This document shows positions 7,802 through 18,102 of a stretch of 28,560 nucleotides of DNA, one piece after another. The stretch lies in assembly GCA_051382335.1 (NCBI GenBank), contig JBBCAX010000374.1, positions 1-28,560 of the forward strand, in the 5' to 3' direction. The position numbers and the translations under genes are program-made. The notes below the pieces were generated by a model. It worked only from the letters and a program-made list of their open reading frames with translations. It ran no database searches and was not told the origin of the DNA. How positions within the stretch are numbered: the stretch's first letter is position 1; the number at the start of each line of letters is the position of its first letter. The stretch is from Deltaproteobacteria bacterium TL4 (lineage in GTDB: Bacteria; SAR324; NAC60-12).

Positions 7802-10800
7802 ATGAGTGTTTCTTCAAAAAAAGAGGATATAGTTTATGCATTCATACAAGAGTCTCTGGAAAATCTAAATAAGATTGATGCTTTGGTCTATGCTTTAAAC
7901 AATGAGTCCGTTTCTGAAAGGAAAATGACGTTGGCCGCCATACAGGAGATCAGCAACGCCTTGCAGGGAGGTTCAGGCTTTTTTCCTATGCCTGAGGTGA
8001 CACAATTAGCCCATGTCCTCACCCACTTATTGAAAAATTTAAGCAGTGATCCCACAAAGATAAAACAGGACCACATTAGTTTAATTGAGCAAACCCGAAA
8101 TTTACTCCCGAAGCTTTTGGAAAAAGGAAAAGAGAGTTACGCCCATGAGATTGAAGCTATTTTAGCAAATTATGTTCGACTTGGCATAGATATCAAGCCA
8201 CCTCAAAATAAAGAGGCCCGGATGGAGAGAGTTACAGTTCCTGATGCGCCAACTCAATCGGGGCCTCCGAAAAAAGCAGACATTACCGAACAACAAAGGA
8301 CCGAATTTGTGACAGAGGCTATTAAAGTTTTAAATCTGATCCATGACGCTCAGATTCTAAAACCGCAGTCCAACACTTTGGGAGAAGGCACTCTTGTAGA
8401 GATGAGTCGTGCCCTTGGAAGGATTAAAGGCACCGCCAGTTTTTTTAAAATGACGGAGGTCATCCAATTAGCGAAGTCGATGGAGCAAGTACTTCAAGCT
8501 TTGACCGATAAAGTGATCAAATTTTCTTCAGAAATCGGGCATTGGTTAGTGGATGGAAAATATCGAATGCTGACCTTGTTTGAGTTTCCAGAAGACGCAA
8601 AGAATGTTGAAATACAAGATTTGATTGCCAAGTTTCATACTCTGAAAACGGAAAGCGTTGAAGAAAGAAGTTCAAAAGCTGAAACTTCCATCACAGAAAC
8701 TGAAGCCAAACGGTCCCTACCCGCAGCTACAGAACATAATAGTCTTGAAGAGTCCAGTTTTCCTAACGTGCATGCAAGTACGAAAGGGATAGTCATGCCA
8801 GCCGAATTACCGCAACAGTCACCTCTCCCCAAACCCTTAGAGGTTGCAGAAATTGTACACGAATTTATAGTAGAGGCGTTTGAGCACACCGATGTGTTAG
8901 AAGAAAAACTGCTTGTTCTGGAAGAGGAAAAATCAGAAACAAAGCCTCAGGAGTTGATCGATGAACTTTTCCGCGCAGCCCATTCCATCAAGGGAGGGTC
9001 AGGATTTTTTGGTTTAGTAAAAATCACTAAAGTCTCTCATTTAATGGAAAACATGTTGGAAGAATTGCGGACAGGAGCTCAAGCTTGTACTCCTGATCAT
9101 ATTTCGACCCTTTTGAACGGAGTCGATTTACTGCGATTGCTGCTCAATAATGTGAAAGATGACACAGAAATCGATATTACGCCCTACCTTGAAGGAAGAT
9201 CCGGACTTAAAAAACCAGGCGTCGCCGCGAAAGAAAACCTGGAGGCCAACAAAACCGCTCAGCAACCATCGTCTGGTCCGCAAAAAAGAGCATTTCCCGC
9301 AGAAAAATCACATTCCGCCGACACCAGTACGCCCGCGCAAATGACTAGCAGTATCCGTGTTTCCACCACATTGCTGAACCGTTTGATGGGATTAGCGGGG
9401 GAATTGGTATTAATCAGAAACCAGCAATTGCAAGCCTCTGAGTATATTCATGAGGAAAAATTTCAAGTCATTACTCAACGGCTCAATTTGGTAACCAGTG
9501 AATTACAAGAAAATATTATGCGAACCCGAATGCAACCGGTCAATAATATTTTCAATAAGTTTCCACGGATTGTCCGCGATCTTTCAAGAATCTTGGGGAA
9601 AAAAGTTAAATTAACCTTAGAGGGACAAGATGTAGAATTAGATCGTTCGATTCTTGAAGCGTTATCCGATCCTTTGGTGCATTTGGTCCGTAATGCGGTG
9701 GATCATGGAATCGAATTGCCTGAAACACGACGGATAGCAGGTAAACCTGAAATCGGTGAAATTGTACTGAGTGCCGCTCATGAGGAAGGAATGGTACAAA
9801 TTGAAATCCGAGATGACGGTGCCGGCATTCCAAGAAAGAAATTGAAGAAAAAAGCACTGGAGATCGGATTGTTCAACCAGCAGCAACTGGACAAGATGTC
9901 GGATCGAGATATCTTGAGTTTAATTTTCAATGCTGGGTTTACCACTGCCGAAGAAGTAACCGATGTTTCAGGACGTGGTGTCGGAATGGATGTGGTGCGA
10001 AGAAATATTGAACAACTTGGCGGTTTTATTAACATTCATTCACAAGAAGAAAAAGGAACCCGTTTTGAAGTGTGTCTGCCCTTAACCCTTGCGATTATGC
10101 CAACGTTGGTGTTTAGTAATCAAGGTCAACGTTATGCGATTCCGCAAGCGGAATTAGTGGAAGTGGTTTCATTACATGACGAAGAAATTTTTGAAAAAAT
10201 GGGGATTATTCAAGAAACCCTTTTTTATCGTTTGCGAGAGGAACTCCTCCCCTTAGTCCATTTAACGGATATTCTAGAGGCCTCCAAACCACTTCAATTA
10301 CAGGATCAACGCAGAATTGCTGATGATTTTCGGAATCAACGAACTTTGTATTGTTCTCGGAAAGAACTGGAGCAGGAACAGCAAGAAACCAATCAGGATG
10401 AAAAAATGATTGTGGTCTTACGGAATGGGATTCATCAGTTTGGATTGGTGGTCGATGCTGTCCTGGATACAGAGGAAATTGTAGTTAAACCTCTTCATTC
10501 CCGCTTAAAAGAATGTCTTTGTTTTTCGGGAGCCACCATCATGGGCGATGGGCAGGTGGCGTTGATTTTGGATGTCGCGGGAATTATCAGATACTCTGGA
10601 ATTCAATTTCAGTACATTACCAAAGAAGAAGAAATTCAACGAGATGAAGAAGATCAACAAACTTTATTATTATTCAGAGCGGGGGAAATCGAGCAGTTTG
10701 CCATCGCGCTGCCTTTGATTTCCCGGATAGAGCAAGTTCAGTTGAATAAAATTGAGCAAATCGGAGACAGAGAGTTGCTCACCATCAATCATACGGTCTA

Positions 10801-11455
10801 CCGTGTATTGCGTTTGGATCGTCTTTTGAATGTTTCTTCCATTGACGATTCCACGGGAGAAGCTTATCTCATTGTAGCTAAAAACGCACCCCGTCCTTGT
10901 GGCGTCTTGGCACAGTCCCTTATAGATATTGCGTCAGTGTCCGCAGATCTCAAACTTGAAGATTGTTTTGAACCAGGGACCTTGGGAAATTTTATTTATG
11001 GGGATCGTCTGACTATTTTTCTAGACTTTTTTTCGATGCTCGATTTGATGGATCATGAATGGGCTCATTCTCGTATAGAGAATAAAAGAGGAGGCAACAT
11101 TCTTCTTGTGGACCCCTCTCCGATGTATCAGACCGTAATTTCAGGTTATTTAAAACATGAGCGATACAAAGTGATTATTGTGGAAACCTTGGAGAAAGCG
11201 ACTAGACTCCTTGGCACAAATACGACCATTGATTTGGTACTATTCCAAATGGATACGGTACAACAGAAAGATCCAGCTTCGATTGTTGAACGTTTGCTTG
11301 AAGAACATCCGACTCATGATATACCTGTTATAGGCATATCCCAAAAAATTGAGCCCCAACAAATGTATCAACTTGGATTTAACGAAGTATTGTCACAACT
11401 CACGCGCTCTACCCTAGTGACCTGTGTCAACATGGTTTTGGACAAATATTTATAA
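7802..11455 (+). CDS. cheA: Chemotaxis histidine kinase CheA: 3 Hpt-like domains, dimerisation, HATPase, 2 CheW domains, C-terminal REC-like domain
   Basis: LFRAAHSIKGGSGFFG (H394), SIRVS...LMGLAGELVLIRNQ, HLVRNAVDHGIE, DDGAGI, GFTTAEEVTDVSGRGVGMDVV, LPLTLAI. Confidence 0.96.
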   Translation: MSVSSKKEDIVYAFIQESLENLNKIDALVYALNNESVSERKMTLAAIQEISNALQGGSGFFPMPEVTQLAHVLTHLLKNLSSDPTKIKQDHISLIEQTRNLLPKLLEKGKESYAHEIEAILANYVRLGIDIKPPQNKEARMERVTVPDAPTQSGPPKKADITEQQRTEFVTEAIKVLNLIHDAQILKPQSNTLGEGTLVEMSRALGRIKGTASFFKMTEVIQLAKSMEQVLQALTDKVIKFSSEIGHWLVDGKYRMLTLFEFPEDAKNVEIQDLIAKFHTLKTESVEERSSKAETSITETEAKRSLPAATEHNSLEESSFPNVHASTKGIVMPAELPQQSPLPKPLEVAEIVHEFIVEAFEHTDVLEEKLLVLEEEKSETKPQELIDELFRAAHSIKGGSGFFGLVKITKVSHLMENMLEELRTGAQACTPDHISTLLNGVDLLRLLLNNVKDDTEIDITPYLEGRSGLKKPGVAAKENLEANKTAQQPSSGPQKRAFPAEKSHSADTSTPAQMTSSIRVSTTLLNRLMGLAGELVLIRNQQLQASEYIHEEKFQVITQRLNLVTSELQENIMRTRMQPVNNIFNKFPRIVRDLSRILGKKVKLTLEGQDVELDRSILEALSDPLVHLVRNAVDHGIELPETRRIAGKPEIGEIVLSAAHEEGMVQIEIRDDGAGIPRKKLKKKALEIGLFNQQQLDKMSDRDILSLIFNAGFTTAEEVTDVSGRGVGMDVVRRNIEQLGGFINIHSQEEKGTRFEVCLPLTLAIMPTLVFSNQGQRYAIPQAELVEVVSLHDEEIFEKMGIIQETLFYRLREELLPLVHLTDILEASKPLQLQDQRRIADDFRNQRTLYCSRKELEQEQQETNQDEKMIVVLRNGIHQFGLVVDAVLDTEEIVVKPLHSRLKECLCFSGATIMGDGQVALILDVAGIIRYSGIQFQYITKEEEIQRDEEDQQTLLLFRAGEIEQFAIALPLISRIEQVQLNKIEQIGDRELLTINHTVYRVLRLDRLLNVSSIDDSTGEAYLIVAKNAPRPCGVLAQSLIDIASVSADLKLEDCFEPGTLGNFIYGDRLTIFLDFFSMLDLMDHEWAHSRIENKRGGNILLVDPSPMYQTVISGYLKHERYKVIIVETLEKATRLLGTNTTIDLVLFQMDTVQQKDPASIVERLLEEHPTHDIPVIGISQKIEPQQMYQLGFNEVLSQLTRSTLVTCVNMVLDKYL

Positions 11456-11507
11456 AGAAAATGTTTCGTATAGAAAACTTTTAAAGATTTCATTTCATAA
11501 ATACGCT

Positions 11508-12005
11508 ATGCATACAGTATCAGAGACTATTATTGCTAAAGAGGAAATTGAGCTCTATTGTTCCTTCCGGATTGCAGGAAACCTTTATGGTGTTAACATC
11601 AAACACGTAAAAGAGATCAATCAGGAACTGAATATCAATCGTGTGCCTCATTCTTCGGCTAGTATTTCAGGCTTAGTGAATATTCGAGGGGAAGTCTATT
11701 TAATTTTTAATTTAAGAAATTGTTTTGGTTTTCCTCCTAAGCCCATTGATGAACAACATCGAGTTATCTTGTTCAAAAGTATTGATGCTGAACTTTCAGG
11801 CATTCTTGTTGAAGAGATAGGCGATGTTTTAAGAGTCCCTGTCAGTCGACTTGAGACTTATCGTTCTGATTCTTCCAAGGAAATTTTGAATCGTCTTAAG
11901 GATCCAGATTCGGAAGAAATTGATTTCCGACTGGTTAAAGGGGTCTATCAACTTGAAGATGAAATCATGGTAATTCTTAATATTGAAGCCCTGGTAAAAG
12001 CTTAA
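11508..12005 (+). CDS. cheW: Chemotaxis coupling protein CheW (start placed at ATG 11508)
   Basis: CSFRIAGNLYGVNIKHVKEI, RVPHS...GLVNIRGEV, GILVEEIGDVL. Confidence 0.93.
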   Translation: MHTVSETIIAKEEIELYCSFRIAGNLYGVNIKHVKEINQELNINRVPHSSASISGLVNIRGEVYLIFNLRNCFGFPPKPIDEQHRVILFKSIDAELSGILVEEIGDVLRVPVSRLETYRSDSSKEILNRLKDPDSEEIDFRLVKGVYQLEDEIMVILNIEALVKA

Positions 12006-12081
12006 TTGTGGTTTTATTTTAATCGTAAACATTTCCAACCTCAGCGAAGTTCAAACTTCGTGGTTTTCGTAAAGTGGCGTT

Positions 12082-14910
12082 ATGAGTTCCAAAAATCTAC
12101 CATCTTTTTCAACAACAGTCTCTGGAGCGAATTCTGCGAACTCTGCACTCACTTCTTTTGCTTCAGATAAGTCGAATTCGGCAGGGTATAGTCAAGCACC
12201 TGTGATCAAAAAATATAAAGCGCAGACAAAATTGATTTGGAAACTAGCGTATCTCGCGGTTTTTTTCGCAATCATCCTCTTGGGAAGCTTAGTCTTGATG
12301 GAAATTAAGCTGGGGACTGTTTCCAAAAAATATGAATACTTGTACAATATCGTCATTCCCAGCATTGTTGAACGTCAAAACCTGGAACATCTCCTTAATG
12401 GTTCCTTGAACCTCTTCCACAATGGACTGGATATCCAGGACACCCAATACGAGCAAAATCAAAAAGAGCAATGGGACAGAATTTACACTAAAATGGCTAT
12501 ATTGCTCCAGGTCGCGGAAAAATGGGATAACGGAAAAGACAAGGAAGCGCTGGCCTTGTTGTCCAGGAAATTAAACGGGTTACAGGTTCTTCAAGAAAAG
12601 ATTAAAAGCTCAGCACTCAATTTAAATATTGCGCTGCCAGTCAGCCAGGAAGTTGGAAATTCCCTGGTCGAGTTGATTCGCCTGGAAGCCTCAACACAAG
12701 CACCGAACCAAACGATCCTCCAGTTGCTTGAATTGGGAAAATTTTTCCAATTATCTGTTGTGGATGCAATTCGTACCAGAAGAGATCAGAGCCTAACGGT
12801 TGATTTAAAAGGTCACTGGGAAAAAACCTTGGAGTTGCATCAGTCTCTAAAGAAGAGATATCAACCACTCTCCAATTACAAACGAGGAAGTACTTTTATC
12901 GATATAACCAAAAGGATCGAACAACTGAAGGTTGAATTTGAAAAACTATTAGCACAGCGGGAGGGGGTCAATTTAGTTCAAAAACTGAATCAAGAGTTCA
13001 AACAGTGGTCAGAGGAACTTTTGACCATTGGCACCTTAAAAGAAAGCTACATCAAAATCCAGCGTGAAAATATTGGAACACTCTATTCAGAGCTCCATGT
13101 GATTAACTATATTTTTGGCGTCAACTCTGTATTTGCTATTTTATTATCAATCAGTTTGATCTATTTTCTCATCATAAAACCCATTCTGAGTCTCTATGAA
13201 TTCACACAGAAAGTGGGGGAAGGCAAAGAAGATCTTCGCATTTACTTCAAGCAAAAAGATGAAATTGGTGCTTTGGCTTTATCTTTAAGTGAAATGGTCG
13301 CTAAACTTCAGGGTGCGGTTGATCAAGAACACCAAAAAGCCAATGATCTTTATGAAGATGTAGAGTCTATTCTTGCTCAGATCGACCGTATTAAAGGAAA
13401 TGATCTGGACGTTAATTTTCCAAAATTTGAGGATCAGTCCTTAAATCAGCTGTCGACAGGCTTGCAAACCATGGTGGAATATTGGAAATCAGATAAAGAG
13501 GAACAAAAAAAGTTACAAAGTACGATGGATCGTGTGACGTCGATGGTTGAAAATGCGCCGATTATGATGATGCAAGCTGACATCGAAGGAATTATTCGAT
13601 ATATCAACCCCGCGGGAAAACATATCCTCAACAAATTAGCCGATGGCCTCACCTTTAGACCTAAGGAGGTGATAGGCCGTCCTTGGGAGCACTTATACAC
13701 TAATCACAAAACCGTTGAATCCTTACACAAAGCGGGAGGAAAACTTCATAGTATTGAAACCCAAATTGAAAATGAGACCATAGTGGTGACAACAGCACCT
13801 GTTTATGATCGTGATGGAAACTATCAGGGTCCGATGTTTTCATGGGACATTGTTACGGATTTGAGAAGAAATCAGCAGAAGCAAAGAGAAATCCAGGAGG
13901 CACAAAGAGACCTTGTTCATAAGCAAGCTGAACGTGTCGAAATATTGAAACAAATTGTTCAATCTGTAGAACAAGGAAATTATCTAATCAGTATTCCAAA
14001 GTTTGAGGACGATACCCTTGATGAGTTGTCTCAGGGACTACAGTCCATGATTCTGAGCTTACAATCCGCACGGGGTGAAGAACAACGTCAAATGCAACGT
14101 ACTAAGGAAATTCAAACGGAAATTAAAACAATTGCGGAGTTAGTCGCTCAATCTTCAACGGATATGGCCGAAACGATTGGACAAATTGTTGAATTTTCAG
14201 GAAAAACCACAAACCAAACCAACAGCGTTCTGGCATCGGCGCAAGAAGTGAATGCCAATGTCGGAGGAATTGCAACCGCTGTGGAAGAAATGTCTGTTAC
14301 CACGAAAGAAATCGCCAATAGTGTGGCGGATAGCGCCAATATTGCTCAAAAAGCCGTGAAAGAAAGTCGAGATGCTCGGGATATTATCGCAGATTTAGGA
14401 AAAAACTCGGAACAGGTTGGAAATGTAACCAGTGTCATTAACCGTATTGCTCAACAAACGAACCTATTGGCCTTAAATGCGACCATTGAGGCTGCCTCCG
14501 CAGGCGATGCGGGTAAGGGGTTTGCAGTAGTTGCGGGAGAAGTCAAACTACTGGCACAGCAAACCTCTCAAGCGACCGAAGACATCACCTCCAGCATTCT
14601 TACGATTCAGAATGATGTGACTCGGGCGATTACCTCTATTGCCAGTGTTAGTGAAGTCATCACAGAGATGAATGAAATTTCTGAAAGTATCAGTAGTTCC
14701 ACAGAAGAACAGTCTTCAACAACAAACGATATTGCCAGAGAATTAGGAGACACCGCTCATGGTGTTGAGGAAGTTGTAAAAAATATTCAGAGTGTTGTTA
14801 CAACTATTGAAGAAAGTCGGGAGAATATTCTTAAAGGCGAAGAAGCGGCAAATGTTCTAAAGGTTGTGGTTGAGCAACTAAAAACGTTGGTGAATGCCTT
14901 GGACGATTAA
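12082..14910 (+). CDS. Methyl-accepting chemotaxis protein: TM, large periplasmic helical domain, TM, HAMP, HAMP-like, PAS, HAMP-like, signalling domain
   Basis: Two TM segments, [12 protein letters not shown] motif, PAS-like [23 protein letters not shown], hairpin tip [34 protein letters not shown]. Confidence 0.95.
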   Translation: MSSKNLPSFSTTVSGANSANSALTSFASDKSNSAGYSQAPVIKKYKAQTKLIWKLAYLAVFFAIILLGSLVLMEIKLGTVSKKYEYLYNIVIPSIVERQNLEHLLNGSLNLFHNGLDIQDTQYEQNQKEQWDRIYTKMAILLQVAEKWDNGKDKEALALLSRKLNGLQVLQEKIKSSALNLNIALPVSQEVGNSLVELIRLEASTQAPNQTILQLLELGKFFQLSVVDAIRTRRDQSLTVDLKGHWEKTLELHQSLKKRYQPLSNYKRGSTFIDITKRIEQLKVEFEKLLAQREGVNLVQKLNQEFKQWSEELLTIGTLKESYIKIQRENIGTLYSELHVINYIFGVNSVFAILLSISLIYFLIIKPILSLYEFTQKVGEGKEDLRIYFKQKDEIGALALSLSEMVAKLQGAVDQEHQKANDLYEDVESILAQIDRIKGNDLDVNFPKFEDQSLNQLSTGLQTMVEYWKSDKEEQKKLQSTMDRVTSMVENAPIMMMQADIEGIIRYINPAGKHILNKLADGLTFRPKEVIGRPWEHLYTNHKTVESLHKAGGKLHSIETQIENETIVVTTAPVYDRDGNYQGPMFSWDIVTDLRRNQQKQREIQEAQRDLVHKQAERVEILKQIVQSVEQGNYLISIPKFEDDTLDELSQGLQSMILSLQSARGEEQRQMQRTKEIQTEIKTIAELVAQSSTDMAETIGQIVEFSGKTTNQTNSVLASAQEVNANVGGIATAVEEMSVTTKEIANSVADSANIAQKAVKESRDARDIIADLGKNSEQVGNVTSVINRIAQQTNLLALNATIEAASAGDAGKGFAVVAGEVKLLAQQTSQATEDITSSILTIQNDVTRAITSIASVSEVITEMNEISESISSSTEEQSSTTNDIARELGDTAHGVEEVVKNIQSVVTTIEESRENILKGEEAANVLKVVVEQLKTLVNALDD

Positions 14911-14947
14911 TTGAATCTTTATTAATTTCAAAGAAAGTGAGTAGTCT

Positions 14948-15703
14948 ATGTCTGATGACACAGAGCGGACAGAGTTGTTTGATCCAGAAGTACGAAAGTT
15001 TAACTTTCTAATCATTGAACCCAACGGGGCGTTACGCAGAACCCTATTAAAGACGCTGAAGGGGGCAGGGGCAACCAGCTTGATTGAAGCCGAAAATGCC
15101 AAAGACGCATTAATGATGCTGAAAGCCAATCACAATATTGATGTTATTGTTTGCAGTGAACAGTTGCCGGACATACATGGAATCAAGCTGCTAAACCAAA
15201 TCAAACAAGAAAAGAAATTCCAGGAAACGGCAGTGATCATGCTGTTTTCTGATAAAGACTCTCCCTATATCCAAATGTCGCTCCAAATCGGTGCGGATCT
15301 GGCGATCGCAAAACCCTTTCCCCTCTCGGAAATGAAAAACAATGTCGAAGAGGCCCTAGCCAATCGGGAAAAAAAACTGGCCCTTCGGAACCTAAAAGTT
15401 CAACTGGATGTCCCGATACAGATCTTACTTGGAAAAACCGCAAGAAAAGCCCGCTGTGTGGAATTAACGCGTAAAGACTGTCAATTGGTGTGTGATCTTG
15501 AGGTGGGGATGGGCAGTCGCCTTCAATTTCAACTGCCTAATCCGCTTCAGGACGGAGAATGGTTCGAACCTATCCGTGGTGTGATCTCATCAGTGGGACG
15601 TCATCAGGAAGGCTGTTCTTTGGCAAAAATTGAATTCACCGCAAAACCTGTCAAAGCTCAAGGTGTCACAACGCTACTGCAATACTATATGCCCAAGAGT
15701 TAG
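14948..15703 (+). CDS. Receiver-domain protein (atypical CheY-like REC) with C-terminal PilZ-like domain
   Basis: REC fold motifs FLIIE, DVIVCSEQLP..HG..LL and GADLAIAKPF. The beta-rich C-terminus is patterned like PilZ. Confidence 0.78.
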   Translation: MSDDTERTELFDPEVRKFNFLIIEPNGALRRTLLKTLKGAGATSLIEAENAKDALMMLKANHNIDVIVCSEQLPDIHGIKLLNQIKQEKKFQETAVIMLFSDKDSPYIQMSLQIGADLAIAKPFPLSEMKNNVEEALANREKKLALRNLKVQLDVPIQILLGKTARKARCVELTRKDCQLVCDLEVGMGSRLQFQLPNPLQDGEWFEPIRGVISSVGRHQEGCSLAKIEFTAKPVKAQGVTTLLQYYMPKS

Positions 15704-15722
15704 TCCAACCCAAATACAGGCA

Positions 15723-16523
15723 TCAATGACCTTGAAAGGCAGGTTTGCGTTTCTCTAAAAAAGCTTGGTACCCCTCTTGATAATCCTGGCTTTCCATGCA
15801 CTGCGCTACAATTCGCTCTACCCTATCCGTATCGGCATCGGCCCCTTTCAGAGACGCATCAATGCAGATTTTGGCGGCAGCCACACTCAGGGGCGCATTT
15901 AAAGAAAGGCGTAGCGCATAATTTTCCGTGTAAGACGCTAACTCCGGTACAGAAACGCAATGGTGAATTAACCCCATTCTGAGTGCTTCCTGAACATCAT
16001 AAGTTTTTGCGGTATAGAGAATCTCACGAGCATAAGCCGGTCCAACAACGCGAACAACCTGTTTCACATTCTCATAACCATAAGCAATCCCGAGTTTTGC
16101 GGCAGGGATCGCAAATTTCGCATCATCAGCGGCAATGCGTAAATCACAACAGAGTGAAATCGCACAACCTCCCCCCATACAAAAACCACGAATCATCGCA
16201 ATCGTTGGTTTTTGAGAATCACGGATGGCCTCAAAAGCCAAACTGGTCGTCCGACTGTAGCTTCTTGCAGAAGCTAAATTATTACGTAATTCTTTGAATT
16301 CTGAGATATCAGCGCCCGCAACAAAGGCCTCTTCTCCCGCACCTTTCAAAAGAATGACCCGGACCGTTTCATCCTGATTCAAATGTTCGATGATTTCCGG
16401 AATCGCTTGCCACATATCCAAGCTAATCGCATTCCGGCGCTCAGGTGTATTAAAAATAACCCAACCCAAGGCCTCTTTCTTTTCAACCAATATTTTGCGA
16501 CTCAAAGGCTCAAGCATCATCAT
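15723..16523 (-). CDS. Enoyl-CoA hydratase/isomerase (crotonase) family protein
   Basis: FNTPERRNAIS, AFVAGADISEF, KPTIAMIRGFCMGGG, DYQEGYQAFLEKRKPAFQG. Confidence 0.95.
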   Translation of the reverse strand: MMMLEPLSRKILVEKKEALGWVIFNTPERRNAISLDMWQAIPEIIEHLNQDETVRVILLKGAGEEAFVAGADISEFKELRNNLASARSYSRTTSLAFEAIRDSQKPTIAMIRGFCMGGGCAISLCCDLRIAADDAKFAIPAAKLGIAYGYENVKQVVRVVGPAYAREILYTAKTYDVQEALRMGLIHHCVSVPELASYTENYALRLSLNAPLSVAAAKICIDASLKGADADTDRVERIVAQCMESQDYQEGYQAFLEKRKPAFQGH

Positions 16524-16582
16524 TCCACTGAAAATTTTTTAAATCACTCTTTGATTCCGGGTATTTAAGACGCGTTATTGTC

Positions 16583-17983
16583 TTATAAATGAATGGAGCG
16601 TTTACCTGTTGCGTCTAACGCGGCCTCCTTGATCGCCTCTGCAAAAGTTGGATGCGCATGAGACATACGGGAAATATCTTCCGCACTCGCTCGATATTCC
16701 AGGGCAACCACGGCCTCCGCTATCAAATCCGCAACACGGGCACCAATCATATGAACCCCCAAGATTTCATCCGTGTCCTCATCCGCCAAGATCTTAACCA
16801 AACCATCAATTTCTTGAGCGGCTCTGGCTCTACCTAAAGCTCTGAAGGGGAAGGAACCGACCTTATACCGACGACCGACTTCTTTCAATCGATCCTCAGA
16901 ATATCCAACAGACGCAACTTCAGGCCAAGTATAGACAACGCCGGGAATCGCATTATAATTGATATGGGGCTTTTGACCCGCAATGGTTTCCGCAACAAAA
17001 AGGCCTTCCTCTTCCGCTTTGTGTGCAAGCATCGGTCCTTTAATGACATCTCCAATGGCATAGATCCCCGGAACAGAGGTTTCTAAATGTTCATTGACAG
17101 AAATTTGCCCTCCTTTTTCAGGAATAATTCCCACATTTTCCAATCCAAGTTTTTGAGTATAGGGGCGTCTGCCAACAGAAACCAAGCAATAGTCTCCTGT
17201 AAAAGAGACTTCCTGTTTCTTCGTATCCAAAGCAACAACAGTAACCGTTGTCCCCTCGACTGTTACCTTTTGGACAGTATGACTTAAGTAAAATTTCATG
17301 CCCATCTTTTTTAATGAACGTAGGAGTTCTTTGCTGAGCGTACTATCCATTGTTGGAATGATACGATCAAAATATTCAATAATTTTCACTTCTGTTCCTA
17401 GCCTTGCGTAGACGGAACCTAATTCCAAACCGATGACCCCTCCTCCAATGATGATCATTTCCTTAGGAATTTCACTAAGCTTAAGAGCCTCAGTTGAGGT
17501 AATAACTCGTTCTTTATCAAGGTTCACATTCGGAATACTGGAAGGCTTGGAGCCTGTAGCAATAATAGTGTATTTCGTTTCCAACTGTTCTAATGTTCCC
17601 TTAGACATGGCCACCATAATCGTATTCGCCTTAACAAAAGAACCGTGCCCCTCATAAACGTCAATTTGGTTCTTTTTCATTAAATATCGGATCCCCTCAC
17701 TTGTTTGTGATACCACCTCATTTTTACGTTTGAACATTTGTTCAACATTAAGGCTTAAGCCACTGATCTCAATACCATGGTCCGTAAAATGCTTACGAGC
17801 ATTGTAATAATGTTCACTTGAATCCAACAATGCTTTTGACGGAATACAACCAACATTCAAACAAGTTCCGCCTAACGTTGGATATCGTTCAATAACAGCG
17901 GCTTTCATTCCTAACTGAGAACAACGAATGGCCGCGACATAGCCACCAGGTCCAGAACCAATCACTACTACGTCATACTTCAT
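16583..17983 (-). CDS. lpdA: Dihydrolipoamide dehydrogenase (E3)
   Basis: GSGPGGY, GGTCLNVGCIPSK redox disulfide, MLAHKAEEEG, HAHPTFAE. Confidence 0.97.
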   Translation of the reverse strand: MKYDVVVIGSGPGGYVAAIRCSQLGMKAAVIERYPTLGGTCLNVGCIPSKALLDSSEHYYNARKHFTDHGIEISGLSLNVEQMFKRKNEVVSQTSEGIRYLMKKNQIDVYEGHGSFVKANTIMVAMSKGTLEQLETKYTIIATGSKPSSIPNVNLDKERVITSTEALKLSEIPKEMIIIGGGVIGLELGSVYARLGTEVKIIEYFDRIIPTMDSTLSKELLRSLKKMGMKFYLSHTVQKVTVEGTTVTVVALDTKKQEVSFTGDYCLVSVGRRPYTQKLGLENVGIIPEKGGQISVNEHLETSVPGIYAIGDVIKGPMLAHKAEEEGLFVAETIAGQKPHINYNAIPGVVYTWPEVASVGYSEDRLKEVGRRYKVGSFPFRALGRARAAQEIDGLVKILADEDTDEILGVHMIGARVADLIAEAVVALEYRASAEDISRMSHAHPTFAEAIKEAALDATGKRSIHL

Positions 17984-18102
17984 GAAGCCTCTTTAAAAGT
18001 AATGTAAAGTGGTAGGGCAAGAACACCGACTTACTCATTGTTGTCTACTGGAAAACAGGTAAGGGGAGGCCCTCTTCTACGTTCAAAAAAACAGGAGTTC
18101 CC

